A DNA stretch of 64,000 nt. Source: Candidatus Omnitrophota bacterium. Lineage in GTDB: Bacteria > Omnitrophota > Gorgyraeia > Gygaellales > UBA12090. The notes under the pieces are model-generated. The model made no database searches, was not told where the DNA came from, and saw only the letters and a list, made by a program, of their open reading frames with translations. The position numbers and the translations under genes are program-made. Of this stretch, positions 56,116-64,000 are shown piece after piece (position 1 is the first letter of the stretch; each line of letters starts with the position of its first letter). Where the stretch lies: NCBI GenBank assembly GCA_030674475.1, contig JAUSCZ010000022.1:2628-66627 (forward strand), read 5' to 3'.

Positions 56116-57384
56116 TTATAGCCTCTTTTTAATTTCTCCGATAAAATTATTAAAACTGATTTCTTCCTGGGCGCCTGAAGCCATATCTTTCAGGAGCAGG
56201 CTTTGTTTCTTCAGCTCTTCATCCCCGATTAAAATCGTGAATTTTACCCCTAAATCATTGGCCTTACGCATCTGGCCTTTTAAGGATTTGTTTTCATAAT
56301 CCATATCTGAAGCAATATCTGCCTCTCGAAGTTTATCTAATAGCTGAAAACCTTCTTTTTTCGCTTCTTCACCAAGCGTAACCACAAAAACCTTAGTTTG
56401 TCCGGCGTGGCCGTGAGGCCGGCAACCGGCAACTAAAAGCAATCTCTCTATCCCCAAGGCAAAGCCCACGGCCCCGGATTTTGGCCCTCCCAACTCAAAG
56501 ATTAAATTATCGTATCTGCCTCCCGCGCCCAAGGCATCCTGAGCCCCCAAATCCTTATGGGATATCTCAAATATGGTGCGGTTGTAATAATCCAGGCCTC
56601 GGACTAAATTAGGAGAAAGCGTATAGTTTATATTCAATTTATCTAAGTTTTTCTTAACCGCGGAAAAATGCTCTGAGCATTCCTGACAAAGATAATCCTC
56701 AGGTGTAAGGCTTAACCGGGAAACCACCTGCTTACAGTTTTCATTTTTACAGTCCAGAACCCTAAAAACGTTACGGTTAAGGCGTTCCTTGCAATCAGGA
56801 CAGAGCTTTTCTGTTTCATCTTTTAACCTATCCTGGAGCATCCGGCTTAATTTTTGCTTATCCTCCGGACAGCCTAAGCTGTTGAGCTTAAGCTCATACC
56901 CGGATATTCCCAGGGCGTTTAAGATGTATTTGATTAAAGAGATTATTTCGCTGTCCAAATAAGGGCTGTTTGAGCCCAAGGCCTCGGCTCCAATGTGATG
57001 AAATTGCCTGAGCCGCCCTTTCTGGGGACGCTCGGCCCGAAACATCGGCCCGATGTAGTAAAGCTTGACAAAGGAATCGGTTTTATCCAGGTTATTCTCT
57101 ATATAGGCCCTAACCACCCCGGCGGTGGCCTCCGGCCGCAACACATAGCTATCCTCGCTATGACGGATAACGAACATCTGTTTTTTTACTATTTCCGTTT
57201 CGTTTCCCAGGGAGCGGTTAAACAGGCCCTCCTCTTCAAGAAGCGGAGTCCTTATTGGCTTATAACCATAAAGATTAAATGCCGCTTTGGCCTTGTCTTC
57301 GGCTTCCTGCCACAGATAAGCCTCCGCGGAAAGTATGTCCTTCATCCCGGAAGGAATCTTAAACTTTTTTAAATTTTCAGCCAT
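56116..57384 (-). CDS. hisS: Histidyl-tRNA synthetase
   Basis: LRPEATA, FRAERPQKGR, LVRGLDYY, GGRYD. Confidence 0.97.
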   Translation of the reverse strand: MAENLKKFKIPSGMKDILSAEAYLWQEAEDKAKAAFNLYGYKPIRTPLLEEEGLFNRSLGNETEIVKKQMFVIRHSEDSYVLRPEATAGVVRAYIENNLDKTDSFVKLYYIGPMFRAERPQKGRLRQFHHIGAEALGSNSPYLDSEIISLIKYILNALGISGYELKLNSLGCPEDKQKLSRMLQDRLKDETEKLCPDCKERLNRNVFRVLDCKNENCKQVVSRLSLTPEDYLCQECSEHFSAVKKNLDKLNINYTLSPNLVRGLDYYNRTIFEISHKDLGAQDALGAGGRYDNLIFELGGPKSGAVGFALGIERLLLVAGCRPHGHAGQTKVFVVTLGEEAKKEGFQLLDKLREADIASDMDYENKSLKGQMRKANDLGVKFTILIGDEELKKQSLLLKDMASGAQEEISFNNFIGEIKKRL

Positions 57385-57412
57385 TTTAGAGATATTTTAG
57401 GAGGGAAGGGCT

Positions 57413-57685
57413 TTATTTTATTTTCTGCTTCATCTCTAAACCTGGCTTAAAGATTACTACTTTGCGGGAAGGAACAGGCACGGTTTGTCCGGTGCGCGGA
57501 TTTCTGCCTATGCGCGGGCGGCGGGTTTTTATCTTGAAAACTCCGAAATTGCGCAATTCTATCTTTTCATCGCGAATCAGGCTTTCAATAATGCAATCAA
57601 AAATTCCCTGGAGAACCTGCTTAACTATAATCTGCTTTATCCCGGTTTTATCCGCGACTTTTAAGGCTATATCTTTCTTAGTCAT
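57413..57685 (-). CDS. HU/IHF family DNA-binding protein
   Basis: MTKKDI, IELRNFGVF, GRNPRTG, FKPG. Confidence 0.93.
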   Translation of the reverse strand: MTKKDIALKVADKTGIKQIIVKQVLQGIFDCIIESLIRDEKIELRNFGVFKIKTRRPRIGRNPRTGQTVPVPSRKVVIFKPGLEMKQKIK

Positions 57686-57729
57686 TTTCTTAAACCTCCT
57701 GAATTAGTTACCGCTGAAAAAATGGCAAC

Positions 57730-57889
57730 TAGTGTAGTGTTGCATAAATTTCTTTACGAATGTCATTGCCCGGCTTGACCGGGCAATCTATACCAGCTCT
57801 TCTGGATTCCCTGCCGGCAGGCAGGCCGCTTTCGCGGGAATGACAACTTTAACGCCAAATGTAAAGGAACGTTTAGAAACACCACACTA
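57730..57889. mobile_element. 160-bp MITE-like element carrying GTCATT-type REP palindromes
   Basis: Ends TAGTGTAGTGTTGCATAAATTTCTTTAC and GTAAAGGAACGTTTAGAAACACCACACTA are imperfect inverted repeats; inside TGTCATTGCCCGG..CCGGGCAATC and GGATTCCC..GCGGGAATGACA. Confidence 0.65.
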
Positions 57890-57940
57890 TATAAAAAAAT
57901 CTCTTAACTCTATTTATACCAAAAGTTTAGCAGAAAAAAT

Positions 57941-60900
57941 TTAGATGGTCAAGGAAAATCTTTCCTCTCCCAGGAGGGCTTCTATATCCTGAATAAGGCT
58001 TTGGTTAGGCTGGACATGGAGCTCGTCACCCACCAGAATCTGATATCGGGCCCGATGCGGAATATCCATATGCAGGTATACCGGGATCTGGCCGGAGTTT
58101 TGAACCAGTTTTTCTTTGAGGCTATTTAAAAGGTTTTCCCGTATCCCGGCAATATTTATATCTATTTTGGTTATCTGCTTATAGGCTTCATCAACCGGCA
58201 GGATGGAATTAGCGATTATTTTAGGCGATTCCTCCTTGAGGTTCAGGCGCCCGGAAACAAAAACCGCGCTGTTGGGCTGGATATAGCGGGAATTCTGCTT
58301 ATAGCTTTCCGGAAAAACCAAAACCTCAATTGCCCCCTCCAGGTCTTCTATCTTCAGGATAGCCATTTTCTCGCCCGACTTGCGGGTAACCGTATTCTTA
58401 ATCTTAATGATCAATCCGGCCATCTTTACCATATCTCCGTCTTTGTGATTAGGTATATTCGCGATTGATGAGCAGGAGAACCTCTTTAGTTGGCCGGCAA
58501 AACGGGCCAGGGGATGCCCGGTAACATAGAAGCCCAGCATTTCTTTTTCAAAGGCCAATAACTGCGGTTCAGGCCATTCCCTGACATTAGACGATTCAAT
58601 AACGGTCTTTTTAAAACCGTTGTCCGAGCCCAAGTCAAAAAAAGAAAGCTGTCCTTTGGCTTTTTCTTTTTGGGCCTTAGATGAGGCATCCAGGGTTTGG
58701 TCCAAATTGAGCATAAGCTGGGCCCGGTATAAACCGAACAAATCCATCGCGCCGGCTTTAATCAGAGACTCAATTACTTTGCGGTTTACCAGCCTAAGAT
58801 CAATATTTTCGCAAAAATCCTCCAGGGACTTGAATTTTCCGTGTATATCTCTGGCCCGGAGCATGGATTCAATTGACCCCTGTCCGACATTTTTTACCGC
58901 GATCAGGCCGAAACGGATGTTCTTTTCGTCTATAACCGTAAAGATATCCCCGGACTCATTTACGTCCGGCGGCAGAACCTCGATACCCATCCTTTTAGTT
59001 TCGTTGACATATTCCACGATTTTATCGGTGTTGTCCTTTTCTGAAGTTAAAAGCGCGGCCATAAATTCAACCGGATAATTCGCCTTAAGGTAAGCGGTAC
59101 GGTAAGAAATCAGCGCGTAGGCGGCGGAATGTGACTTGTTGAAGCCGTAGCCAGAAAAATATTCAATCTGGTCAAAGATTTTGTTAGCGGCCTCTTCCCG
59201 AATCATATTTTTCTTACAACCGCTGATAAAGTGTTCGCGCTGGCGCTCAAGGACCTCGGGAATTTTTTTGGCCATGGCCTTGCGCAGGAGGTCGGCCTGA
59301 GCCAAGGAAAAGTTAGCCAATTCCGAGGCAATCTGCATAACCTGCTCCTGATAAACCATTATTCCATAGGTAGGCGCGAGTATCGGCTCCATTTTTTTGG
59401 ACTCGTAGCGGATTGAAATATGGTTATTGCGGCGCTTGATAAATTCATCCAGCATCCCTGAACCCATCGGGCCGGGGCGATAAAGGGCCAGAATAGCGAT
59501 TAAATCTTCAAATTGATCCGGATTGATCTTTTTAAGCAGATCGCGCATCCCGGCGGATTCCAACTGAAACACCCCGGCGGTTACCGCCGAGCCTAAGAGC
59601 TGAAAAGTTTTGGCATCGGAAAGCGGGATATTATCAATATCTACTGCCACACCATGCCTACGCGCGATGATTTCAATGGTCCGCTGAATAACCGTGAGAG
59701 TGCGCAGGCCCAGAAAATCAATTTTCAAAAGCCCTATTTTCTCTAAGGCCTCCATGGCATAACCGGTAGTTACCACATCATCGCCGGATTTAAAAAGCGG
59801 CAGGTATTGGCTTAACTCCTGATCGGCTATTACCACCCCGGCGGCATGGATTGAGGCATGCCGGGTTAAACCTTCCAAATGCCTGGCAGTATCAATAAGC
59901 TGGGTTATCTGGGGGTCGCTTTTGTAGAGGCTATCCAACTCCGGCTCCTGCTTTAAGGCGTCATCTATGGTAATGTTTAATTCCGCCGGAACCAGCTTAG
60001 CGATTCTATCCACCTCGGCATAGCTTACTCCCATAACCCGGCCCACATCCCGGATAGCCGCCCTGGCCAGCATGGTCCCAAAGGTGATTATCTGGGCAAC
60101 ATTGTTTTGGCCGTATTTTTTACTGACATAGTCTATAACCTCCTGGCGCCTTTCGTAACAGAAGTCAATATCAATGTCCGGCATACTTACCCGCTCAGGA
60201 TTCAGGAAACGCTCAAAAAGTAAACCATATTTCAAAGGATTAATGTCGGTTATGCCTAAAAGATAGCTGACCAGGCTTCCCGCGGCTGAACCCCTTCCCG
60301 GCCCGACCGGAATGCCTTTAGTCTTGGCATAATGGATAAAATCCCAGACAATCAGAAAATAACTGGTGAAGCCGACTTTTTTGATTATTTCCAGCTCATG
60401 CTCCAGGCGTTTTTGAATTTCGGAATCTATTCCTTCCTTAAATCTCACCTTCAGGCCTTCAGCGCAGAGTTTACGCAGGAATTCTTCTTTAGTCTGCCCT
60501 ATGGGCACCTGATAATTAGGCAAGTGAAGTTTGTTGAAGGATAATTCCAGATTGCACATTTGCGCTATAGCTATGGTGTTAGTGATGGCCTCGGGCAATT
60601 CTTTAAAAAGCGCTTTCATCTCCTCAGCACTCTTAAAATAAAATTCATCAGTTTGAAAACGCATGTGCTGGGGGTCGGAAAGAGTGGTCTGGGTCTGAAT
60701 GCACAATAGGGCCTCATGTGAGGCGGCCATCGGGCGGCTGAGGTAATGCACATCGTTGGTGGCTACGATAGGCAGGGATAATTCTTTGGCAATCCTTAAT
60801 AACCCCTGATTAGCCGTGGTTTGCTCCACGAGGCGGTTTTCCTGAAGCTCTAAATAAAAATTGCCTTTTCCGAAAATCTGGGAGAAATCATCAGCGCATT

Positions 60901-61378
60901 TAAGGGCTTGATTAAATTGGTTGTTTTGGATAAGCCGGGGAATTTCTCCTTTTATGCAGGCAGTCAGGCCGATTAATCCTTTAGAGTATTTACTTAAGAC
61001 TTCTTTATCTATTCGGGGCTTATAATAAAATCCCTCCATATAGCCGATAGATACCAGGCGCATCAGGTTGTGGTAACCTTCTTCATCTTTACAAAGAAGA
61101 ATTAAATGATAAGAGGTATCCTGGATTTTGCCGGAGGTTTTATCCAAGCGGCTCTGGGGAGCGATGTAAGCTTCACAGCCAATAATCGGCTTGATTCCGG
61201 CGGCCTGGGCCTGAGTATAAAATTCAATGGCCCCGAACATATTCCCGTGATCGGTAATAGCCACCGCCGGCATTTTATATTGATTGGTTAAATTGAAAAG
61301 CTTCTTCAGCTGGCAGGCGCCGTCAAGCAGGCTGTATTGGGTATGCAGATGCAGGTGGACAAAATCGGAGTGCGGCAT
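57941..61378 (-). CDS. dnaE: DNA polymerase III alpha subunit
   Basis: FVHLHLHTQYSLLDG, GPGRGSAAGSLV, SMPDIDIDF, YGFNKSH. Confidence 0.98.
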   Translation of the reverse strand: MPHSDFVHLHLHTQYSLLDGACQLKKLFNLTNQYKMPAVAITDHGNMFGAIEFYTQAQAAGIKPIIGCEAYIAPQSRLDKTSGKIQDTSYHLILLCKDEEGYHNLMRLVSIGYMEGFYYKPRIDKEVLSKYSKGLIGLTACIKGEIPRLIQNNQFNQALKCADDFSQIFGKGNFYLELQENRLVEQTTANQGLLRIAKELSLPIVATNDVHYLSRPMAASHEALLCIQTQTTLSDPQHMRFQTDEFYFKSAEEMKALFKELPEAITNTIAIAQMCNLELSFNKLHLPNYQVPIGQTKEEFLRKLCAEGLKVRFKEGIDSEIQKRLEHELEIIKKVGFTSYFLIVWDFIHYAKTKGIPVGPGRGSAAGSLVSYLLGITDINPLKYGLLFERFLNPERVSMPDIDIDFCYERRQEVIDYVSKKYGQNNVAQIITFGTMLARAAIRDVGRVMGVSYAEVDRIAKLVPAELNITIDDALKQEPELDSLYKSDPQITQLIDTARHLEGLTRHASIHAAGVVIADQELSQYLPLFKSGDDVVTTGYAMEALEKIGLLKIDFLGLRTLTVIQRTIEIIARRHGVAVDIDNIPLSDAKTFQLLGSAVTAGVFQLESAGMRDLLKKINPDQFEDLIAILALYRPGPMGSGMLDEFIKRRNNHISIRYESKKMEPILAPTYGIMVYQEQVMQIASELANFSLAQADLLRKAMAKKIPEVLERQREHFISGCKKNMIREEAANKIFDQIEYFSGYGFNKSHSAAYALISYRTAYLKANYPVEFMAALLTSEKDNTDKIVEYVNETKRMGIEVLPPDVNESGDIFTVIDEKNIRFGLIAVKNVGQGSIESMLRARDIHGKFKSLEDFCENIDLRLVNRKVIESLIKAGAMDLFGLYRAQLMLNLDQTLDASSKAQKEKAKGQLSFFDLGSDNGFKKTVIESSNVREWPEPQLLAFEKEMLGFYVTGHPLARFAGQLKRFSCSSIANIPNHKDGDMVKMAGLIIKIKNTVTRKSGEKMAILKIEDLEGAIEVLVFPESYKQNSRYIQPNSAVFVSGRLNLKEESPKIIANSILPVDEAYKQITKIDINIAGIRENLLNSLKEKLVQNSGQIPVYLHMDIPHRARYQILVGDELHVQPNQSLIQDIEALLGEERFSLTI

Positions 61379-61387
61379 TTTAAAATC

Positions 61388-61450
61388 AGTTTATAGTTGA
61401 TAGTTTATGGCTTATGGCTCCTTAGCTATCAACAATAAACTATAAACTAA
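61388..61450. repeat. Inverted heptamer array after guaA stop
   Basis: AGTTTATAGTTGATAGTTTATGGCTTATGG...CTATCAACAATAAACTATAAACT. Confidence 0.75.
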
Positions 61451-61454
61451 ATTA

Positions 61455-63080
61455 TTATTCCCACTCAATGGTGGCCGGGGGTTTGGATGAAATGTCGTAG
61501 ACTACGCGGTTTACGCCTTTTACTTCGTTGATGATACGGCTTGAGATGGCTTCCAGGAGCTCATTGGGCAGTTTCGCCCAGTCGGCAGTCATCCCGTCAA
61601 TTGAGGTGACACAGCGCACTGCCACTACGTTTTCATAGGTGCGCGCGTCTCCCATCACCCCGACGGTTTTTATGGGAAGCAGGACGGCAAAAGACTGCCA
61701 GATTTGCTCATACAGCCCGGCCTTTCTCACCTCTTCCACAACCCTCCTGTCCACTTCCCGCAGAGTATCCAGCCTTTCTTTAGTTATCTCACCGATTATC
61801 CTGATGGCCAGCCCCGGTCCGGGAAAAGGCTGGCGAAAAATAACATTCTCCGGCAGGATTAATTCTCGGCCTATTTTTCTGACTTCATCCTTAAAAAGCT
61901 CTCTTAAGGGTTCAATCAGCTTTAACTTCATATTCAGCGGCAGTCCTCCCACATTATGGTGGGTTTTGATTTTTACCGACGGGCCTCCCAGAACCGATAC
62001 CGACTCTATCACATCCGGATACAGCGTCCCTTGAGCCAAAAACTCCACCCCTTTAAATTTAGCCGATTTCTCTTCAAAGATTTTAACAAATTCATTCCCG
62101 ATAATCTTACGCTTTTCTTCCGGGTCGGTAATACCGTTTAGGCTTTTTAAAAACCTATCTTGCGCCTCCACATAATCCAGATTAAGCCGCATTGTGTCTT
62201 TAAATACCTTCTTTACCTGGGCTCCTTCGTCCTTGCGCAGTAAGCCGTTATCAATAAAAATACATCTTAGATTTTTGCCTATTGCCTTATGGATAAGCAT
62301 CGCGACCACCGCGGAATCCACCCCGCCGCTCAATCCGCAGACTACCCGTTTCTTTCCCACCGTCTTCTTTATATTCTCAACCGCTTCCCTGACAAACGAT
62401 TTGATATTCCATCTTCCGGAACAGCCGCATATCCTAAAGAGAAAATTAGCCACTATTTCATTTCCTTTAGAGGTATGGGCCACCTCGGGATGAAACTGCA
62501 CTCCGTAAATTTTTCTTTTTTTATCAGCGATTGCCGCGTGGGGCGTATTTAAGGTATGGGCTATGGTTTTAAAACCCTGGGGAAGCTTGGTTATGCAATC
62601 CCCATGGCTCATCCAGCAGGTCAGGTTTCCCGGCAAATGATTAAAGAGAGTGCTGTTGTCATCAATAAATAACTCGGTCTTCCCGTATTCGCGCTCCTGG
62701 CTGAACTTGACTTTTCCGCCTAAAAGATGGGTAGTCGCCTGAAGGCCGTAGCAGACTCCTAAAATCGGAATCCCTAATTTAAATATATCTTTATCGGGAA
62801 GGGGGCTCTTGCTCTGATACACCGAGGACGGGCCTCCGGATAAGATTATTCCTTTAGGAGAAATTTCGGATATTTCCTTAGCGCTGATAGTATAAGGCAC
62901 TATCTGGCTATAGACATGATTTTCCCTCACCCGGCGGGCAATCAGCTGGGTATACTGCGAGCCAAAGTCAAAAATCAAAACCAATTCCCTTTTACCGGAG
63001 GGTTTTATGGAATTTTGTTTTACCATCCGCGCTTTTCTGATCTTTCTTCTGCCGGTCATATTCATAATATTGGTTTTCAT
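61455..63080 (-). CDS. guaA: GMP synthase (glutamine-hydrolysing); true start may be downstream
   Basis: [39 protein letters not shown]. Confidence 0.97.
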   Translation of the reverse strand: MKTNIMNMTGRRKIRKARMVKQNSIKPSGKRELVLIFDFGSQYTQLIARRVRENHVYSQIVPYTISAKEISEISPKGIILSGGPSSVYQSKSPLPDKDIFKLGIPILGVCYGLQATTHLLGGKVKFSQEREYGKTELFIDDNSTLFNHLPGNLTCWMSHGDCITKLPQGFKTIAHTLNTPHAAIADKKRKIYGVQFHPEVAHTSKGNEIVANFLFRICGCSGRWNIKSFVREAVENIKKTVGKKRVVCGLSGGVDSAVVAMLIHKAIGKNLRCIFIDNGLLRKDEGAQVKKVFKDTMRLNLDYVEAQDRFLKSLNGITDPEEKRKIIGNEFVKIFEEKSAKFKGVEFLAQGTLYPDVIESVSVLGGPSVKIKTHHNVGGLPLNMKLKLIEPLRELFKDEVRKIGRELILPENVIFRQPFPGPGLAIRIIGEITKERLDTLREVDRRVVEEVRKAGLYEQIWQSFAVLLPIKTVGVMGDARTYENVVAVRCVTSIDGMTADWAKLPNELLEAISSRIINEVKGVNRVVYDISSKPPATIEWE

Positions 63081-63126
63081 TTAATTTTTGCCATTGAATT
63101 TATAATCGCGGACTATTGACTGTAGA

Positions 63127-64000
63127 CTATTTTCCCATCCCTACTCCCTGCACTACCTGAAAGATTTTTCCTTCAGTCTGGATGCTGGGGGCGATAATTA
63201 TTTCCACATCGTGCATCTGCCGGATATCCGCGACTCCTAAGGCGCCCATACAGGTAGTTAAAGCGCCCATCAGATTCTGCGAGCCGTCATCGGTCTTAGC
63301 CGGGCCAAAGAGTATTTCTTTAAGGCTTCCGCTTACCCCCACCCTGACCCTGGTTCCCCGAGGTAAATTTACGTGAGAGGTAGCCATGCCCCAATGACAG
63401 CCTTTTCCCGGGGCTTCTTTTGCCCGGGCAAAAGCCGAACCAACCATAACCGCGTCCGCGCCGCAGGCAAAGGCCTTACAAATTTCACCGCCGATACGCA
63501 TTCCTCCGTCGGTGATAATCGGGATGTATTTTCCGTATCGTTTATAATAGTAGTCTCTGGCGGCGGCGGCATCCACAGTCGCGCTTACCTGCGGGACGCC
63601 AATGCCTAAAACTCCTCTGGTGGTGCAGGCGGCTCCCGGCCCAATCCCGATTAAGAGCCCGCTGGCTCCGGTATCTAAAAGCTCTAAGGTAACCTCATAG
63701 GTAACGCAGTTCCCGATAACTACCGGTATTTTCATATTTTTACAGAATTTATGCAAATCCAAGGCTTTATATTCTTTGGAAATATGCCGGGTAGTGGTTA
63801 CCGTGGATTGGACTACGAATATATCACAGCCGGCATCCTGGGCGATTTTACCAAAACGCACCGCGTTTGCCGGTATACAACTGACACAGGTGGTGGCCTT
63901 TTTGCTTTTGATTTCATGGATGCGCTTGGTAATCAGGCTTTCCTTGATCGGCTTGGTGTAGATAGTCTGGACAAGTTCAGTTGCCTTTTGAGGCGCGGCC
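63127..64000 (-). CDS. GuaB3-family IMP dehydrogenase-related protein (5' part outside window)
   Basis: VGIGPG-like LIGIGPGAACTTRGVLGIG, DGGMR, HWGMAT, DDGSQNL; upstream of guaA. Confidence 0.88.
   Translation of the reverse strand, partial: AAPQKATELVQTIYTKPIKESLITKRIHEIKSKKATTCVSCIPANAVRFGKIAQDAGCDIFVVQSTVTTTRHISKEYKALDLHKFCKNMKIPVVIGNCVTYEVTLELLDTGASGLLIGIGPGAACTTRGVLGIGVPQVSATVDAAAARDYYYKRYGKYIPIITDGGMRIGGEICKAFACGADAVMVGSAFARAKEAPGKGCHWGMATSHVNLPRGTRVRVGVSGSLKEILFGPAKTDDGSQNLMGALTTCMGALGVADIRQMHDVEIIIAPSIQTEGKIFQVVQGVGMGK

Noticed and set aside
57941-61378. Intein in dnaE
   Set aside because: 1145 aa is normal length and motifs are contiguous
705-63961. Plus-strand ORFs in the six-frame track
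   Set aside because: All are short antisense shadows of well-supported minus-strand genes or RNAs, with no recognisable motifs
1-64000. Prophage, integrase or defence island
   Set aside because: No integrase, transposase, phage structural or recognisable defence genes; uniform minus-strand orientation fits ordinary replichore bias

Overview
64-kb bacterial chromosomal segment with essentially every real gene on the minus strand. It is mostly housekeeping: guaB3-guaA-dnaE, hisS-aspS-phoH-pgpH-ybeY-recO, polX, apbE-nfnAB, a Wood-Ljungdahl corrinoid module (acsC-RACo-cooC-acsD-acsE) with no CODH/ACS in the window, tilS-ftsH-folP-cdaA-pdxJ-acpS-nnrD, five tRNAs, RNase P RNA, nadE-fprA, lysS-lolCD-ilvE, mcsA-mcsB-clpC, mlaEFD and radA-yacL-ispD-ispF. 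Gene content and a secreted FWVNL/GGIDF-type protein suggest an anaerobic diderm, probably Candidatus Omnitrophota (inference). Most notable: (1) tRNA-Tyr(GUA) is split by an intact 266-nt IC3-like group I intron between anticodon positions 35 and 36. (2) A 992-aa secreted modular protein has conserved-looking ends and an AT-rich middle, and sits behind a leader RNA with mutually exclusive terminator/antiterminator folds. (3) Many small palindromic, MITE and heptamer-array elements sit at stop codons and ribosome-binding sites, nest inside one another, and are translated in frame inside IspD, ApbE and other proteins. (4) Small ORFs missing from the ORF track include a TM-only CdaR, a Cys/His-tailed membrane peptide and an AAA ATPase remnant. 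No database searches were run; family calls come from recognised motifs.
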